DNA of 64,000 nt from NCBI GenBank assembly GCA_029263055.1, contig JAJCYG010000036.1:6708-70707 (forward strand), given 5' to 3'. Below the pieces are notes generated by a model, which was not told the origin of the DNA, did no database searches, and saw only the letters and a program-made list of their open reading frames with translations. Source of the stretch: Actinomycetes bacterium (GTDB lineage Bacteria; Auribacterota; JAJCYG01). The translations under genes were made by a program, and so were the position numbers. Each line of letters begins with the position of its first letter. Within the stretch, counting starts at the first letter, position 1. Shown here in pieces: positions 35,431 through 44,366 of this stretch.

Positions 35431-37170
35431 TTATTTCAGCTTTTTTCTGAAGGGGAGGAGGCCGAAAAGAGCTGAGCCTAGAAGGAAAAGTGTGGCTGGT
35501 TCTGGGTTGACACCGACTCCAAATGGAGATAAAGAAGCACTGGCAAAGGATGCTGTGAGTGTGTTGCCCACAGTGTCTCGGCTAAGAATCGTTCCTTGTT
35601 CAAGTGTGACCCCACCAATCAAATGGAAAATTTGAAGTTGTTCTTCAGTATAACCAAGTGCGCCGATTTGGGCATCAAAGTCTGCTTGTTCATAACTTAA
35701 GACAAGCGTCATTCCGTTTCCTGCAGTGAATGTGGCTGTGGAAGCAATTTCAAAAATCGATGTGCTGATTAAAGCTCCTACCGCATCATCGCTAAGAAAG
35801 GAATCAATTACACCTTGATCCACAACAAGGGTTTTAGTGGTGTCTCCATTAGCAGTGACAGTGCCAAACTGAACCGTGTCATCTCCAACTAAATCGACTA
35901 AAACATCAGTCCCTATGAGAGTGTTATTAAATGTGAGGAGGCCTGTTTCAGCATAAACATCATTTCCTTTATCAAATGTGTCGACAAAGTTTGTCCAGGT
36001 AATAACCCAGTTGCCTGTATCATTGAGGGCCACTTTAGGACGTGGCAAGTTTTGTGAAAAGTCACTACGCGTATCATGAGTTGTTGTATCAATGGAGAAT
36101 TGTCCTCCGTTGGCTGTTCCGCTAGAATCAAATGAGCGAGCGTAAACCGTGTCTGTTGTGGCCCCGTCATATCGGTTCCAAGTGACGATAAAGTTACCAC
36201 TTGAATCAATAGCAATATCAGGATGTTCATTGTTTGAAAGAGCAAGGTCATTGACTTGGAAGTCTGCTCCTAATGCGTTCCCAGAACTATCGAATCGACG
36301 AGCTTTGATGTTTCCATCTGTTGCTGCCCAAACCGCAATAAAGTTTCCTGCATCATCCATTGCGACTTGTGGATCGCCTGTAGATGAATTTGTTCCTGTT
36401 GAAGAGTTGATTTGAAATTGAGATTTGCCATTAATGATGGTGTTACTTGAGTTATATAAAGAACCAAAGAGTGTGCCGCTAGATGACCAAAGAGCTAACG
36501 CGTTTCCGTTTGCAGCAAGCGTAATATCATTAGAGAAAAAGTTAGCAGATAAATCTGCTCCTGTAGCAGCAGTAATTCTACTCCCAACAGCTGTACCAGA
36601 AGAATTATAGCGTTGAAAATTATGGATCGCACCACTGTGCACCATCCAGCTAACGATTGAGTCACCTGAATCATTAATCGCAACAGAAGGAGCGCTTTGA
36701 GCACCAGCTCCGCCATGGACTGTGACTTCAGTTCCGGGTAGTCCTGTACCAAAAGAGCCTAAATTTCTAAAAAGATCTGTTCCTGAAGCAAAAGGGTTAA
36801 TTGATATTCCAACAATATAATTTCCTGAAGCATTCATGGCTGTGCTAGAGGTTGAATAATTATAGTTTGAAAGATGAGGACCTTTTAAAGAGACTTCTGT
36901 GCCATCGACTGCTGTTGTGTTTGCATTAAAGCGTCGTGAATAAATTTGTGCAGTTGGACTTCCGGTTCCTAGACTGGGTACGTCAAAGTTAGAATCATCA
37001 TTCCACGAAATAAGAAATTGCCCACTCGAATCAATGCCAACTTCAGGACGGTATTGGTTAAAGGCATCAATGGTGTTTACTTTAAATGCTGCTGAAAAGG
37101 ATAGAGAAGGAAAGAGGACTCCTAGAACAAAACTTCCAAAAACCACTGCTGAAAAATTCTTAGATAACAA
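35431..37170 (-). CDS. Large secreted repeat protein (DSSGNF-x-V-x-W-type propeller-like repeats) with a PEP-CTERM sorting signal
   Basis: Signal peptide. Recurrent blocks IDSSGQFLISW, INDSGDSIVSW, MDDAGNFIAVW, IDSSGNFIVTW, LNDTGNWVITW. C-terminus NPEPATLFLLGSALFGLLPFRKKLK. Confidence 0.65.
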   Translation of the reverse strand: MLSKNFSAVVFGSFVLGVLFPSLSFSAAFKVNTIDAFNQYRPEVGIDSSGQFLISWNDDSNFDVPSLGTGSPTAQIYSRRFNANTTAVDGTEVSLKGPHLSNYNYSTSSTAMNASGNYIVGISINPFASGTDLFRNLGSFGTGLPGTEVTVHGGAGAQSAPSVAINDSGDSIVSWMVHSGAIHNFQRYNSSGTAVGSRITAATGADLSANFFSNDITLAANGNALALWSSSGTLFGSLYNSSNTIINGKSQFQINSSTGTNSSTGDPQVAMDDAGNFIAVWAATDGNIKARRFDSSGNALGADFQVNDLALSNNEHPDIAIDSSGNFIVTWNRYDGATTDTVYARSFDSSGTANGGQFSIDTTTHDTRSDFSQNLPRPKVALNDTGNWVITWTNFVDTFDKGNDVYAETGLLTFNNTLIGTDVLVDLVGDDTVQFGTVTANGDTTKTLVVDQGVIDSFLSDDAVGALISTSIFEIASTATFTAGNGMTLVLSYEQADFDAQIGALGYTEEQLQIFHLIGGVTLEQGTILSRDTVGNTLTASFASASLSPFGVGVNPEPATLFLLGSALFGLLPFRKKLK

Positions 37171-37203
37171 TATGATTTACAACTCCTTCTTATATAAATA
37201 AAT

Positions 37204-37223
37204 ATACATTAATATTAATGTAT
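37204..37223. promoter_or_regulatory. Perfect 20-bp palindrome ATACATTAATATTAATGTAT in a divergent promoter region; candidate transcription-factor operator
   Basis: Exact reverse-complement symmetry. It lies 34 nt upstream of the PEP-CTERM gene start and 91 nt upstream of the citrate synthase ATG. Confidence 0.4.
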
Positions 37224-37314
37224 TGTCAATTTGGTTTATAGGCCTGATGCTTAGAGGTTGCCAAGCTGAGGGGTTTGTGGCACAATTTTGGGCTCTAGAT
37301 GAGGGAATATAGGT

Positions 37315-38622
37315 ATGTTGGAGGAATTGGTGGGCGAGTCGACAAGTGTGAATCTAAATGGGAAAGTAGTTGAGCTACCTGTAGTTACAGGAAGCGAAGG
37401 AGAGAAAGGGCTTGATGTTTCTCAACTTCGTAAAGAGAGCGGCTATATTACCCTAGACCCTGCCTATGGGAATACAGGGGCCTGCGAAAGTTCGATCTGC
37501 TTTATTGATGGGGAAAAGGGAATCTTGCGTTACTGGGGAATCCCAATTGAGCAGCTCGCAGAAAAATCTAGTTTTATTGAAACAACTTATCTTTTACTTT
37601 ATGGCAAATTACCTAGCCAACAAGAACTGACTCAACTGAGTCAACGAATTTCAAAGAATTTAACCATTCCTGATTTAGTTAAAAAACTTTATTCAAATTT
37701 TTCAGATGAAACTCATCCTATGGCTTTGCTTTCTGCGGTTGTTAGTGCGTTGTCAGGCTATGATAAAAAACAATCTTCATTAGAACAATCAGAAGTAGAT
37801 ATTGATGAAACGTCCATTCGATTGATTGGTCAGTTTCCTGCGATTGCTGCTGCGATCTATCGTAAAAAAATTGGCAAAGAATTTATTGAGCCAGATCCCA
37901 AAGCAACCTATACAGAAAATTTAGTTCGCATGATGTTTGGTGAAACTGATTTAGAAAAACAAATCACACCTGAAGCGATTGAAGCTTTAGATATGTTGTT
38001 GATTCTCCACGCTGATCACGAACAAAACTGCTCTACTTCAGCGGTACAATTGGTTGGAAGCAGCCGCACGAATTTGTATGCTTCGATTGCTGCTGGCATT
38101 GCGGCGTTGTGGGGGCCTTGGCACGGTGGAGCTAATCAAGATGTAATGGTAATGCTGCAAAAGATTAAAGATTCAGGTGGCGATGTTCAAAAATATGTTG
38201 AGATTGCTAAAGACAAAAATTCTAAGGTTCGTCTTTCTGGTTTTGGCCACCGTGTGTACAAAACATTTGATCCACGTGCTAAAGTGATTAAATCAGTCTG
38301 TGACAAAGTGCTTGAAAAGATGGGGGTCAATAATCCTTTACTTGAGATTGCTAAAGAATTAGAACAAACCGCACTTCAAGATGAATACTTTATTCAGCGT
38401 AAGCTCTACCCTAATGTTGATTTTTACAGTGGGATTATTTATAAAGCGATTGGCATTCCGACAGATATGTTTACTGTGATGTTTGCTATGGGACGCTTGC
38501 CGGGTTGGATTGCGCATTGGAAAGAAATGCTCACCAGCAAGCCATCTCGTATTGGTCGCCCACGTCAAATTTATGTGGGACCAACTAAAACAGATTACAC
38601 GCCTGTAGACCAAAGAAGTTAG
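37315..38622 (+). CDS. gltA: Citrate synthase
   Basis: GFGHRVYKTFDPRA (catalytic His region), LHADHEQNCSTS, and the N-terminal ...LDPAYGNTGACESSICFIDGEKGILRYWGIPIEQLAE. Confidence 0.9.
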   Translation: MLEELVGESTSVNLNGKVVELPVVTGSEGEKGLDVSQLRKESGYITLDPAYGNTGACESSICFIDGEKGILRYWGIPIEQLAEKSSFIETTYLLLYGKLPSQQELTQLSQRISKNLTIPDLVKKLYSNFSDETHPMALLSAVVSALSGYDKKQSSLEQSEVDIDETSIRLIGQFPAIAAAIYRKKIGKEFIEPDPKATYTENLVRMMFGETDLEKQITPEAIEALDMLLILHADHEQNCSTSAVQLVGSSRTNLYASIAAGIAALWGPWHGGANQDVMVMLQKIKDSGGDVQKYVEIAKDKNSKVRLSGFGHRVYKTFDPRAKVIKSVCDKVLEKMGVNNPLLEIAKELEQTALQDEYFIQRKLYPNVDFYSGIIYKAIGIPTDMFTVMFAMGRLPGWIAHWKEMLTSKPSRIGRPRQIYVGPTKTDYTPVDQRS

Positions 38623-38638
38623 TTGTTGAGATGTTGTT

Positions 38639-39121
38639 ATGAAAAATTTATTTTTATTTTTGTTTGTTCTTTCCTTTTTGTCTTCGGCGGCTTCTTTAGC
38701 CTATTCTCAAGACCAAGTTTCTAGTGAAGATGCTAAAACCCTTGAGAAAATGGAGTGGATCATTGAGACTCCTGAAGAAGTTGTGAATTTGTGCAATCGT
38801 TTTATGGACGCGATCTACTTAGGGGAAGTGAATGAAGCGTTTGAACTTTTAGAGCCTTACTTCCCTAATTCCGAAGAGAGTTTTCCCGTTCTTAAGGAAA
38901 AAACATGGAAGAAACTCCGTTATGTTGATTTAAAGATCGGTCGGATGCTCGGCTATGATCTAGTTCGTCAAGATGTGCATGGAGGCCGTATTGGCCGGTT
39001 TGTTTATGTGACCCGTTATGATGACTATATGTTTCAGTGGACTTTTATCATGATGAAACCTGATAAGACCTGGAAAGTGAAATCTGTTTCTTGGGATGAA
39101 AAAATTAAAGAGATTTTCTAG
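38639..39121 (+). CDS. Secreted protein of unknown function (160 aa)
   Basis: Signal peptide MKNLFLFLFVLSFLSSAASLAYS. No known motif. Confidence 0.5.
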   Translation: MKNLFLFLFVLSFLSSAASLAYSQDQVSSEDAKTLEKMEWIIETPEEVVNLCNRFMDAIYLGEVNEAFELLEPYFPNSEESFPVLKEKTWKKLRYVDLKIGRMLGYDLVRQDVHGGRIGRFVYVTRYDDYMFQWTFIMMKPDKTWKVKSVSWDEKIKEIF

Positions 39122-39755
39122 TCTATTTTTTCTTCTTTCAAGTCTGGCTTGGGGTGAAAATCAAATGACCATTGTTGCCTTAGGTGATTCCATTACAGCA
39201 GGGACCCCTGCTTTTTTATCTCCCGTAGAATCTCCCCCTAATGGTTTTGGTAATGAGAAAAGCCAATATGGTTATTGGGTTATGCAGCAGCACCCGCAAT
39301 GGACCCTCTTAAATCGAGGTGTGGGTGGAGAGCGTTCAGATGAAATATTAAAGCGCTTTGATCGAGATGTGTTGCAAGTTAAACCCAAAGTCGTGATTGT
39401 TTTAGCCGGAGTGAATGATCTTTATCAAGGTTATGAGCCTGAGTGGGTGATCAAAAACTTAGAGAAAATCTACGCTAAAGCTGAAGCAGAGCAGATAAAA
39501 GTTTTAGCCTGCACCATTCTTCCTTATAATGGTTCGAGTCTTGAAGTACAAGAAGGAATGAACCAGATCAACCAGTGGATTCAATCTTATGCAGAAGAAA
39601 CAGGATTTGGTTTCTGCGACACGCACACATTGATGGCCCATCCTAATAATCCAAATGATTTGGTTAGTGAAGTCGATGGCATTCACCCTGATGTAGAGGG
39701 ACACAAACGATTAGGTTTGGGTATTGCTCAAGCATTAGAGAAACTGATTCAGTAA
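39096..39755 (+). CDS. SGNH/GDSL-family hydrolase (arylesterase / lysophospholipase-like), secreted
   Basis: IVALGDSITAG (GDS(I/L) block I with the catalytic Ser), GVNDL (block III), and the C-terminal DGIHP (Asp-His). Signal peptide. Confidence 0.7.
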   Translation: MKKLKRFSSLFFLLSSLAWGENQMTIVALGDSITAGTPAFLSPVESPPNGFGNEKSQYGYWVMQQHPQWTLLNRGVGGERSDEILKRFDRDVLQVKPKVVIVLAGVNDLYQGYEPEWVIKNLEKIYAKAEAEQIKVLACTILPYNGSSLEVQEGMNQINQWIQSYAEETGFGFCDTHTLMAHPNNPNDLVSEVDGIHPDVEGHKRLGLGIAQALEKLIQ

Positions 39756-40489
39756 TGGATATTCAACTTAAGCGACTCTCTTTTCAATATCATCCTAAAG
39801 GAGCTCATATTCTCAAAGATGTGAGTCTCAAAATAAAGTTTGGTGAATCCTTAGCCATTATTGGGCCGAGCGGAACCGGCAAAAGCACGCTTCTTAAAAT
39901 GATCAATGGTTTACTCCTTCCTCAAAAGGGGAGTGTTCTCTTAAACAAAGAACCTTTGCATCTGTCTCAAATCCATGCACTGCGACGAAGATTTGGTTAT
40001 GTGATGCAAGAGGCAGGACTCTTTCCTTTTTTAACGGTAGAAGAAAATATTACGTTTATGGCTCGCTTGGATGGGTGGGACCGCGAAGAGATAAAGAAGC
40101 GGCTTAATGAAGTGTTGGATTTGGTTGATCTTGCCGGGCGACCTCTTAGAAAAAGAATGCCTGATCAATTAAGTGGGGGGCAGCGCCAAAGAGTTTCAAT
40201 GGCGCGCGCGCTTTTTTATGATCCCCCTGTTCTTTTATTAGATGAGCCCTTTACCTATTTAGATTCTTTGGTGAGCGAAGAGCTGCTTCGTGAGTTTTTA
40301 AAAGTTAAAGAGCAATTGAACAAAACAATTATTTTAGTGACGCATGATTTAAGGCGAGCTTGCCGCTTGGCTGATCGTATTTGCCTGCTTTCAAATGGTG
40401 TGATTGAGCAAGACACTTCAGTGCAAAAATTTTTAACTTCACCTAAGTCACATCTAGCGAAGCTATTTGTGCAGACATTGGAAAAATGA
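39755..40489 (+). CDS. ABC transporter ATP-binding protein (osmoprotectant/choline-type, no CBS domains)
   Basis: Walker A GPSGTGKST. Signature LSGGQRQRVSMARAL. Walker B LLLDEPF. Confidence 0.8.
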   Translation: MDIQLKRLSFQYHPKGAHILKDVSLKIKFGESLAIIGPSGTGKSTLLKMINGLLLPQKGSVLLNKEPLHLSQIHALRRRFGYVMQEAGLFPFLTVEENITFMARLDGWDREEIKKRLNEVLDLVDLAGRPLRKRMPDQLSGGQRQRVSMARALFYDPPVLLLDEPFTYLDSLVSEELLREFLKVKEQLNKTIILVTHDLRRACRLADRICLLSNGVIEQDTSVQKFLTSPKSHLAKLFVQTLEK

Positions 40490-42021
40490 AAAGACTTTTA
40501 ATTTTTATTTTATTCTCTTTTGTTTTTCTTCTTCCAAATGCATGGGCTAAGGAGCCTATTCGTATAGGAAGCAAGCATTTTACAGAGAATTATCTTTTAG
40601 CTGAAATGATGTCACAGCTTTTAGAAGCACGAGGCTATTCTGTTGAAAGAGTGCAAGGATTGGGTGGCACCATGGTCTGTTTTGAAGCACTTCGTAATGG
40701 AGAGTTAGATGTTTATCCAGAATATACAGGAACTCTTTTAAAACAGATCCTTAAAATTAAGAATGAAAATAAGATGAGCTCTGTTTTAAAGGAGCGATAT
40801 GATTTAGAAATTCTCCCTGCTTTTGGATTTAATAATTCTTATGCGATTGCTTTAAACGAAGACTTGGCTGAAGAAAAGGGTTTAAAGAAAATCTCTGATT
40901 TGAAATATCAGTATAAGTTAAAAGGAGGGCTTTCATATGAGTTTCTCCGACGAGAAGATGGTTGGGAAGACTTGGCTGCAGCCTACAGGTTGAGTAACCG
41001 TGTTATGGGGATGGAACATGGTTTAGCTTATGAGGCGCTAAGACATGACCAAACCAACTTTACAGATGCTTACACCACTGATGCTAAAATTGAGCGATAT
41101 AATTTAAGGCTCTTAGAAGATGATCTGAACTTTTTCCCTATCTATAAAGCCGTTCCTTTTGTTCAATCAAACCTTCCTGAAAAAGTAAAATCGATCTTAT
41201 CTCTTTTTGAGAATCAAATCGATGAAGCCACTATGACTCGATTGAATGCTCAGGTAGAGATTAATAAATTTTCGTTTGCAGAAGTGGCGCGTACCTTTTT
41301 AAAAGAAAAGGGTTGGATTAAAAAGAAACTGATTCCAGTGAAACTAAGTGCTCAAAGTCCGATTGTTGTCGCGCCACAAGCAGAAAAAAAGAATAAGGCA
41401 AATGTTTCGCTTCTTAAAGAGTTGTCACAAAATTGTTTTGAACATCTTTTTATGGTTTTGGTGGCACTTTCTTTGGGAGTCGTGGTTGCCATTCCAATTG
41501 GAGTGCTTGCTTACCGAAATGAACAATGGGCTCACTTTATTCTTCCTTTAACAGGATTGCTGCAAACCATTCCTAGTATTGCTTTGTTGGCTTTAATGAT
41601 TCCACTCTTTGGTATTGGAATGTTACCTGCGATTGTGGCGCTCTTTCTTTATAGCTTGCTCCCGATTGTTCGCAATACCTATGTGGGGTTGAATGGAATT
41701 GAAGCGGTCTATAGAGATACAGCCCGTGCGTTAGGAATGACGCCTAAACAACGGTTATGGGAAGTGGAGCTGCGTTTAGCTTATCCTACTTTGCTAGCAG
41801 GAATCAAAACAGCCGCAATCATCAATATAGGCACAGCTACCTTAGCAGCATTTATTGGAGCAGGGGGCTTGGGTGAACCGATTGTGACGGGATTGGCATT
41901 AAACAATCACCAGCTTATCTTACAAGGCGCCATTCCAGCAGCAGTGCTTGCTATTGGAGTGGAGTTGCTTTTTCGATTATTTGATCCAAAAAAACAACTT
42001 AGTCTTGAACAGTCACTTTAA
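40486..42021 (+). CDS. Fused substrate-binding (N-terminal) and permease (C-terminal) subunit of a glycine-betaine/choline-type ABC transporter
   Basis: Signal peptide plus an OpuAC/OpuBC-like binding domain (residues about 25-290). This is followed by 5-6 TM helices with the ABC permease EAA-like loop ...ARALGMTPKQRLWEVELRLA. Confidence 0.75.
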   Translation: MKRLLIFILFSFVFLLPNAWAKEPIRIGSKHFTENYLLAEMMSQLLEARGYSVERVQGLGGTMVCFEALRNGELDVYPEYTGTLLKQILKIKNENKMSSVLKERYDLEILPAFGFNNSYAIALNEDLAEEKGLKKISDLKYQYKLKGGLSYEFLRREDGWEDLAAAYRLSNRVMGMEHGLAYEALRHDQTNFTDAYTTDAKIERYNLRLLEDDLNFFPIYKAVPFVQSNLPEKVKSILSLFENQIDEATMTRLNAQVEINKFSFAEVARTFLKEKGWIKKKLIPVKLSAQSPIVVAPQAEKKNKANVSLLKELSQNCFEHLFMVLVALSLGVVVAIPIGVLAYRNEQWAHFILPLTGLLQTIPSIALLALMIPLFGIGMLPAIVALFLYSLLPIVRNTYVGLNGIEAVYRDTARALGMTPKQRLWEVELRLAYPTLLAGIKTAAIINIGTATLAAFIGAGGLGEPIVTGLALNNHQLILQGAIPAAVLAIGVELLFRLFDPKKQLSLEQSL

Positions 42022-42568
42022 TCATTTGGATTGTTTCTAAAGGCTTATCACTACCATCGCGTTGTGCTTTAGAAATAGCGTGAACCACATCCATCCCTTT
42101 AGTCACTTCACCAAAAATAGCATGACGGTTGTCTAACCAAGGAGTGGCTGCCACTGTGATAAAGAATTGGCTTCCGTTTGTGTTAGGCCCTGAATTGGCC
42201 ATGGAAAGCATTCCTTCTTTGCTATGTTTGAGGTTGGCTCCAAATTCATCTTCAAATTGATAGCCAGGGCCACCTGTGCCTGTTCCGGTAGGATCGCCTG
42301 TTTGAACCATAAAGTCTGGAATCACGCGGTGAAAGATAATCCCATCATAAAAACCTTTTTTAGTTAGAGTGACAAAGTTCTCAACGGTTTTAGGGGCATC
42401 TTTAGCAAAAAGTTCAATTTCAATGTTTCCAAGTGTTGTTTCAATTGTAGCTGTCATTTTTTCCTCTTTCTGAATAGGTGTTACCACAGAAGTGGTCGCT
42501 TGTTCTTTGGGAATGCATCCGAGAATAAATAATAAAAAAGCGAATATATAAAATTTCTTCTTGATCAT
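41999..42568 (-). CDS. Cyclophilin-type peptidyl-prolyl cis-trans isomerase, lipoprotein
   Basis: FHRVIPDFMVQTGDPTGTGTGGPGY...MLSMANSGPNTNGSQFFIT is a cyclophilin fold. The N-terminus has lipobox LFILGC. Confidence 0.85.
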   Translation of the reverse strand: MIKKKFYIFAFLLFILGCIPKEQATTSVVTPIQKEEKMTATIETTLGNIEIELFAKDAPKTVENFVTLTKKGFYDGIIFHRVIPDFMVQTGDPTGTGTGGPGYQFEDEFGANLKHSKEGMLSMANSGPNTNGSQFFITVAATPWLDNRHAIFGEVTKGMDVVHAISKAQRDGSDKPLETIQMIKVTVQD

Positions 42569-42626
42569 GATGGGGATAATGTAGCTTAATTAAGCTTCAA
42601 ATTAAAGAAAAAAATAGGTTTAGTTG

Positions 42627-42688
42627 CGTCATCCTGAGCAAAGCGAAGGATCTTGGATAGATTCTTCGGCTTCGCCTCAGAATGACGA
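42627..42688. repeat. Dispersed palindromic repeat: two inverted arms of GCGTCATCCTGAGCAAAGCGAAGGATCTT (arm 2 is CGTCATTCTGAGGCGAAGCCGAAGAATCT on the opposite strand)
   Basis: Arm 1 at 42627-42653. Inverted arm 2 at 42659-42688. Intergenic, between the cyclophilin and EVE genes. A third arm occurs at 54463-54492. Confidence 0.5.
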
Positions 42689-42718
42689 ATAAAAAGAAGA
42701 TAGCTAATGAGGTTTGGT

Positions 42719-43174
42719 ATGAATTATTGGTTAATGAAAAGTGAGCCGGCTGTCTATTCAATAGACCATCTTAAGAAGGAAAAGGTCACTTATTGGGATG
42801 GGGTGCGCAATTACCAGGCCCGTAATTTTATGCGGGATAAGATGAAAAAAGGGGATAAAGTCTTCTTTTATCATAGTAATGCAGAGCCACCTGGAATAGC
42901 AGGAATTGCAGAAGTTGAAAAAGAAGGGTATCCAGATCCGTCACAATTTGATAAAAAAAGTAAATACTTTGATCCAAAAAGTAAAAAAGAAAACCCTACC
43001 TGGATATTAGTCGATATAAAATATGTAAAGAAGTTTAAAGATTTGCTCTCTTTGGATCTGTTGCGATCTGTGAGTGGTTTAGATGAGATGTTGCTTTTAA
43101 AGAAAGGTCAGCGTTTGTCTATTCAGCCTGTGAGTAAAGAAGAGTGGAACGTTATTCAAAAAATTGCGGAGTAA
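42719..43174 (+). CDS. EVE (PUA-like) domain protein
   Basis: MNYWLMKSEPAVYSIDHLKKEK...WDGVRNYQARNFMRDKMKKGDKVFFYHSN matches the EVE/DUF55 N-terminus. GAGG lies 6 nt upstream of this ATG. Confidence 0.75.
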   Translation: MNYWLMKSEPAVYSIDHLKKEKVTYWDGVRNYQARNFMRDKMKKGDKVFFYHSNAEPPGIAGIAEVEKEGYPDPSQFDKKSKYFDPKSKKENPTWILVDIKYVKKFKDLLSLDLLRSVSGLDEMLLLKKGQRLSIQPVSKEEWNVIQKIAE

Positions 43175-43175
43175 A

Positions 43176-44009
43176 ATGCATAAAGATTCAAAAAAATTAC
43201 CTCATTTGATAAAGCTGCTTGATGATGATTCTGAGTTAGTTCAAAAAGCAATTGCTAAAGAACTGGCTGAGTATGGTCCTTGGCTTAATGCTGAGCTCTC
43301 TCTCTTAGATCAGCCATTAAGTGACAAACAAAAAAAGAGTGTGACCAACTTATTAAAAATACATAACCATATTCTTTTACAAGAAGAGTGGAAGAATTGG
43401 GATGAAATTTTTAATGAAAAAGAAAAGCTTGAAAGAGCGATGTCTTTGCTAGCCCAGTTTCAAAATGGGGTGACCTACCCGCGCTCCTTAAAACAAATTT
43501 TAGATACATTGGCCGAAGAGTTTATCTCAACACGTTCTGTGATTGACCCGTTTGAATTAGCTAACTTTTTGTTCATAGAAAAGGGGCTTAAAGGGGCAGA
43601 AAAAGACTATTATGACCCTTTAAATAGTAATTTGGTTTATGTGATCGAAAATAAAAGGGGTATTCCTATTAGCCTCGCTGTTATTTATATGCTGGTAGGC
43701 GATCGGGTTGGCTTGAACATTGAAGGTTGTAACTTTCCGGGCCATTTTTTAGCACGCGTTGAAGGAAAAGATGGTTATATTCTTGTTGACTGCTTTAATC
43801 AGGGACAGCTCTTGCATGAAAAAGTAATCACCAAAGTAGATGTGCAGCACTCTGAATCAACACGAGAAATTATACACACCCCAGCTACAGCCAATGTGAT
43901 TATGCGCCGATTTTTGCGCAACTTAATTGAAGCATATAAGCGAGAAGAAGATTTAGATACATGTGAAGTCTTTTTTGAACTTTATCATTCGATTGAAGAA
44001 GAGGATTAG
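43176..44009 (+). CDS. Transglutaminase-like / SirB1-family protein
   Basis: GIPISLAVIYMLVGDRVGLNIEGCNFPGHFLARVEGKDGYILVDCFNQGQLL is a transglutaminase-like core with a Cys. The start is taken at ATG 43176. The track start at 43164 is a TTG. Confidence 0.5.
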   Translation: MHKDSKKLPHLIKLLDDDSELVQKAIAKELAEYGPWLNAELSLLDQPLSDKQKKSVTNLLKIHNHILLQEEWKNWDEIFNEKEKLERAMSLLAQFQNGVTYPRSLKQILDTLAEEFISTRSVIDPFELANFLFIEKGLKGAEKDYYDPLNSNLVYVIENKRGIPISLAVIYMLVGDRVGLNIEGCNFPGHFLARVEGKDGYILVDCFNQGQLLHEKVITKVDVQHSESTREIIHTPATANVIMRRFLRNLIEAYKREEDLDTCEVFFELYHSIEEED

Positions 44010-44012
44010 GAA

Positions 44013-44366
44013 ATGGTTCAGTTTTTTGGTTATGACAAATGTGGGACATGCCGCAAAGCAAAAAAAGTTTTAGATGGTAAGAAAGTAAAGTATCAAGACA
44101 TTGATATAACTGAAAAACCACCCACTAAAAAATTACTTCAAACCATCTTAAAATCAGGCGAGTATTCGATTTCAGACCTATTTAATAAATCAGGTTTGCT
44201 TTACCGAGAATTTAAAATGAAAGATAAGATTAAAGTCTTAAAACAGACTGAGCTGGTTGATCTTTTAGCTAAGCATGGCAAGTTAGTGAAGCGTCCGATT
44301 ATTACCAATGGTAAAGAAGCGACTGTTGGTTTTGACGAAACCCGTATTAAGAAGCTGTGGCTGTAA
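44013..44366 (+). CDS. ArsC/Spx-family protein (YffB-like)
   Basis: MVQFFGYDKCGTCRKAKKVL... has the CxxC redox motif at the N-terminus. 117 aa. GAGGA lies 7 nt upstream. Confidence 0.75.
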   Translation: MVQFFGYDKCGTCRKAKKVLDGKKVKYQDIDITEKPPTKKLLQTILKSGEYSISDLFNKSGLLYREFKMKDKIKVLKQTELVDLLAKHGKLVKRPIITNGKEATVGFDETRIKKLWL

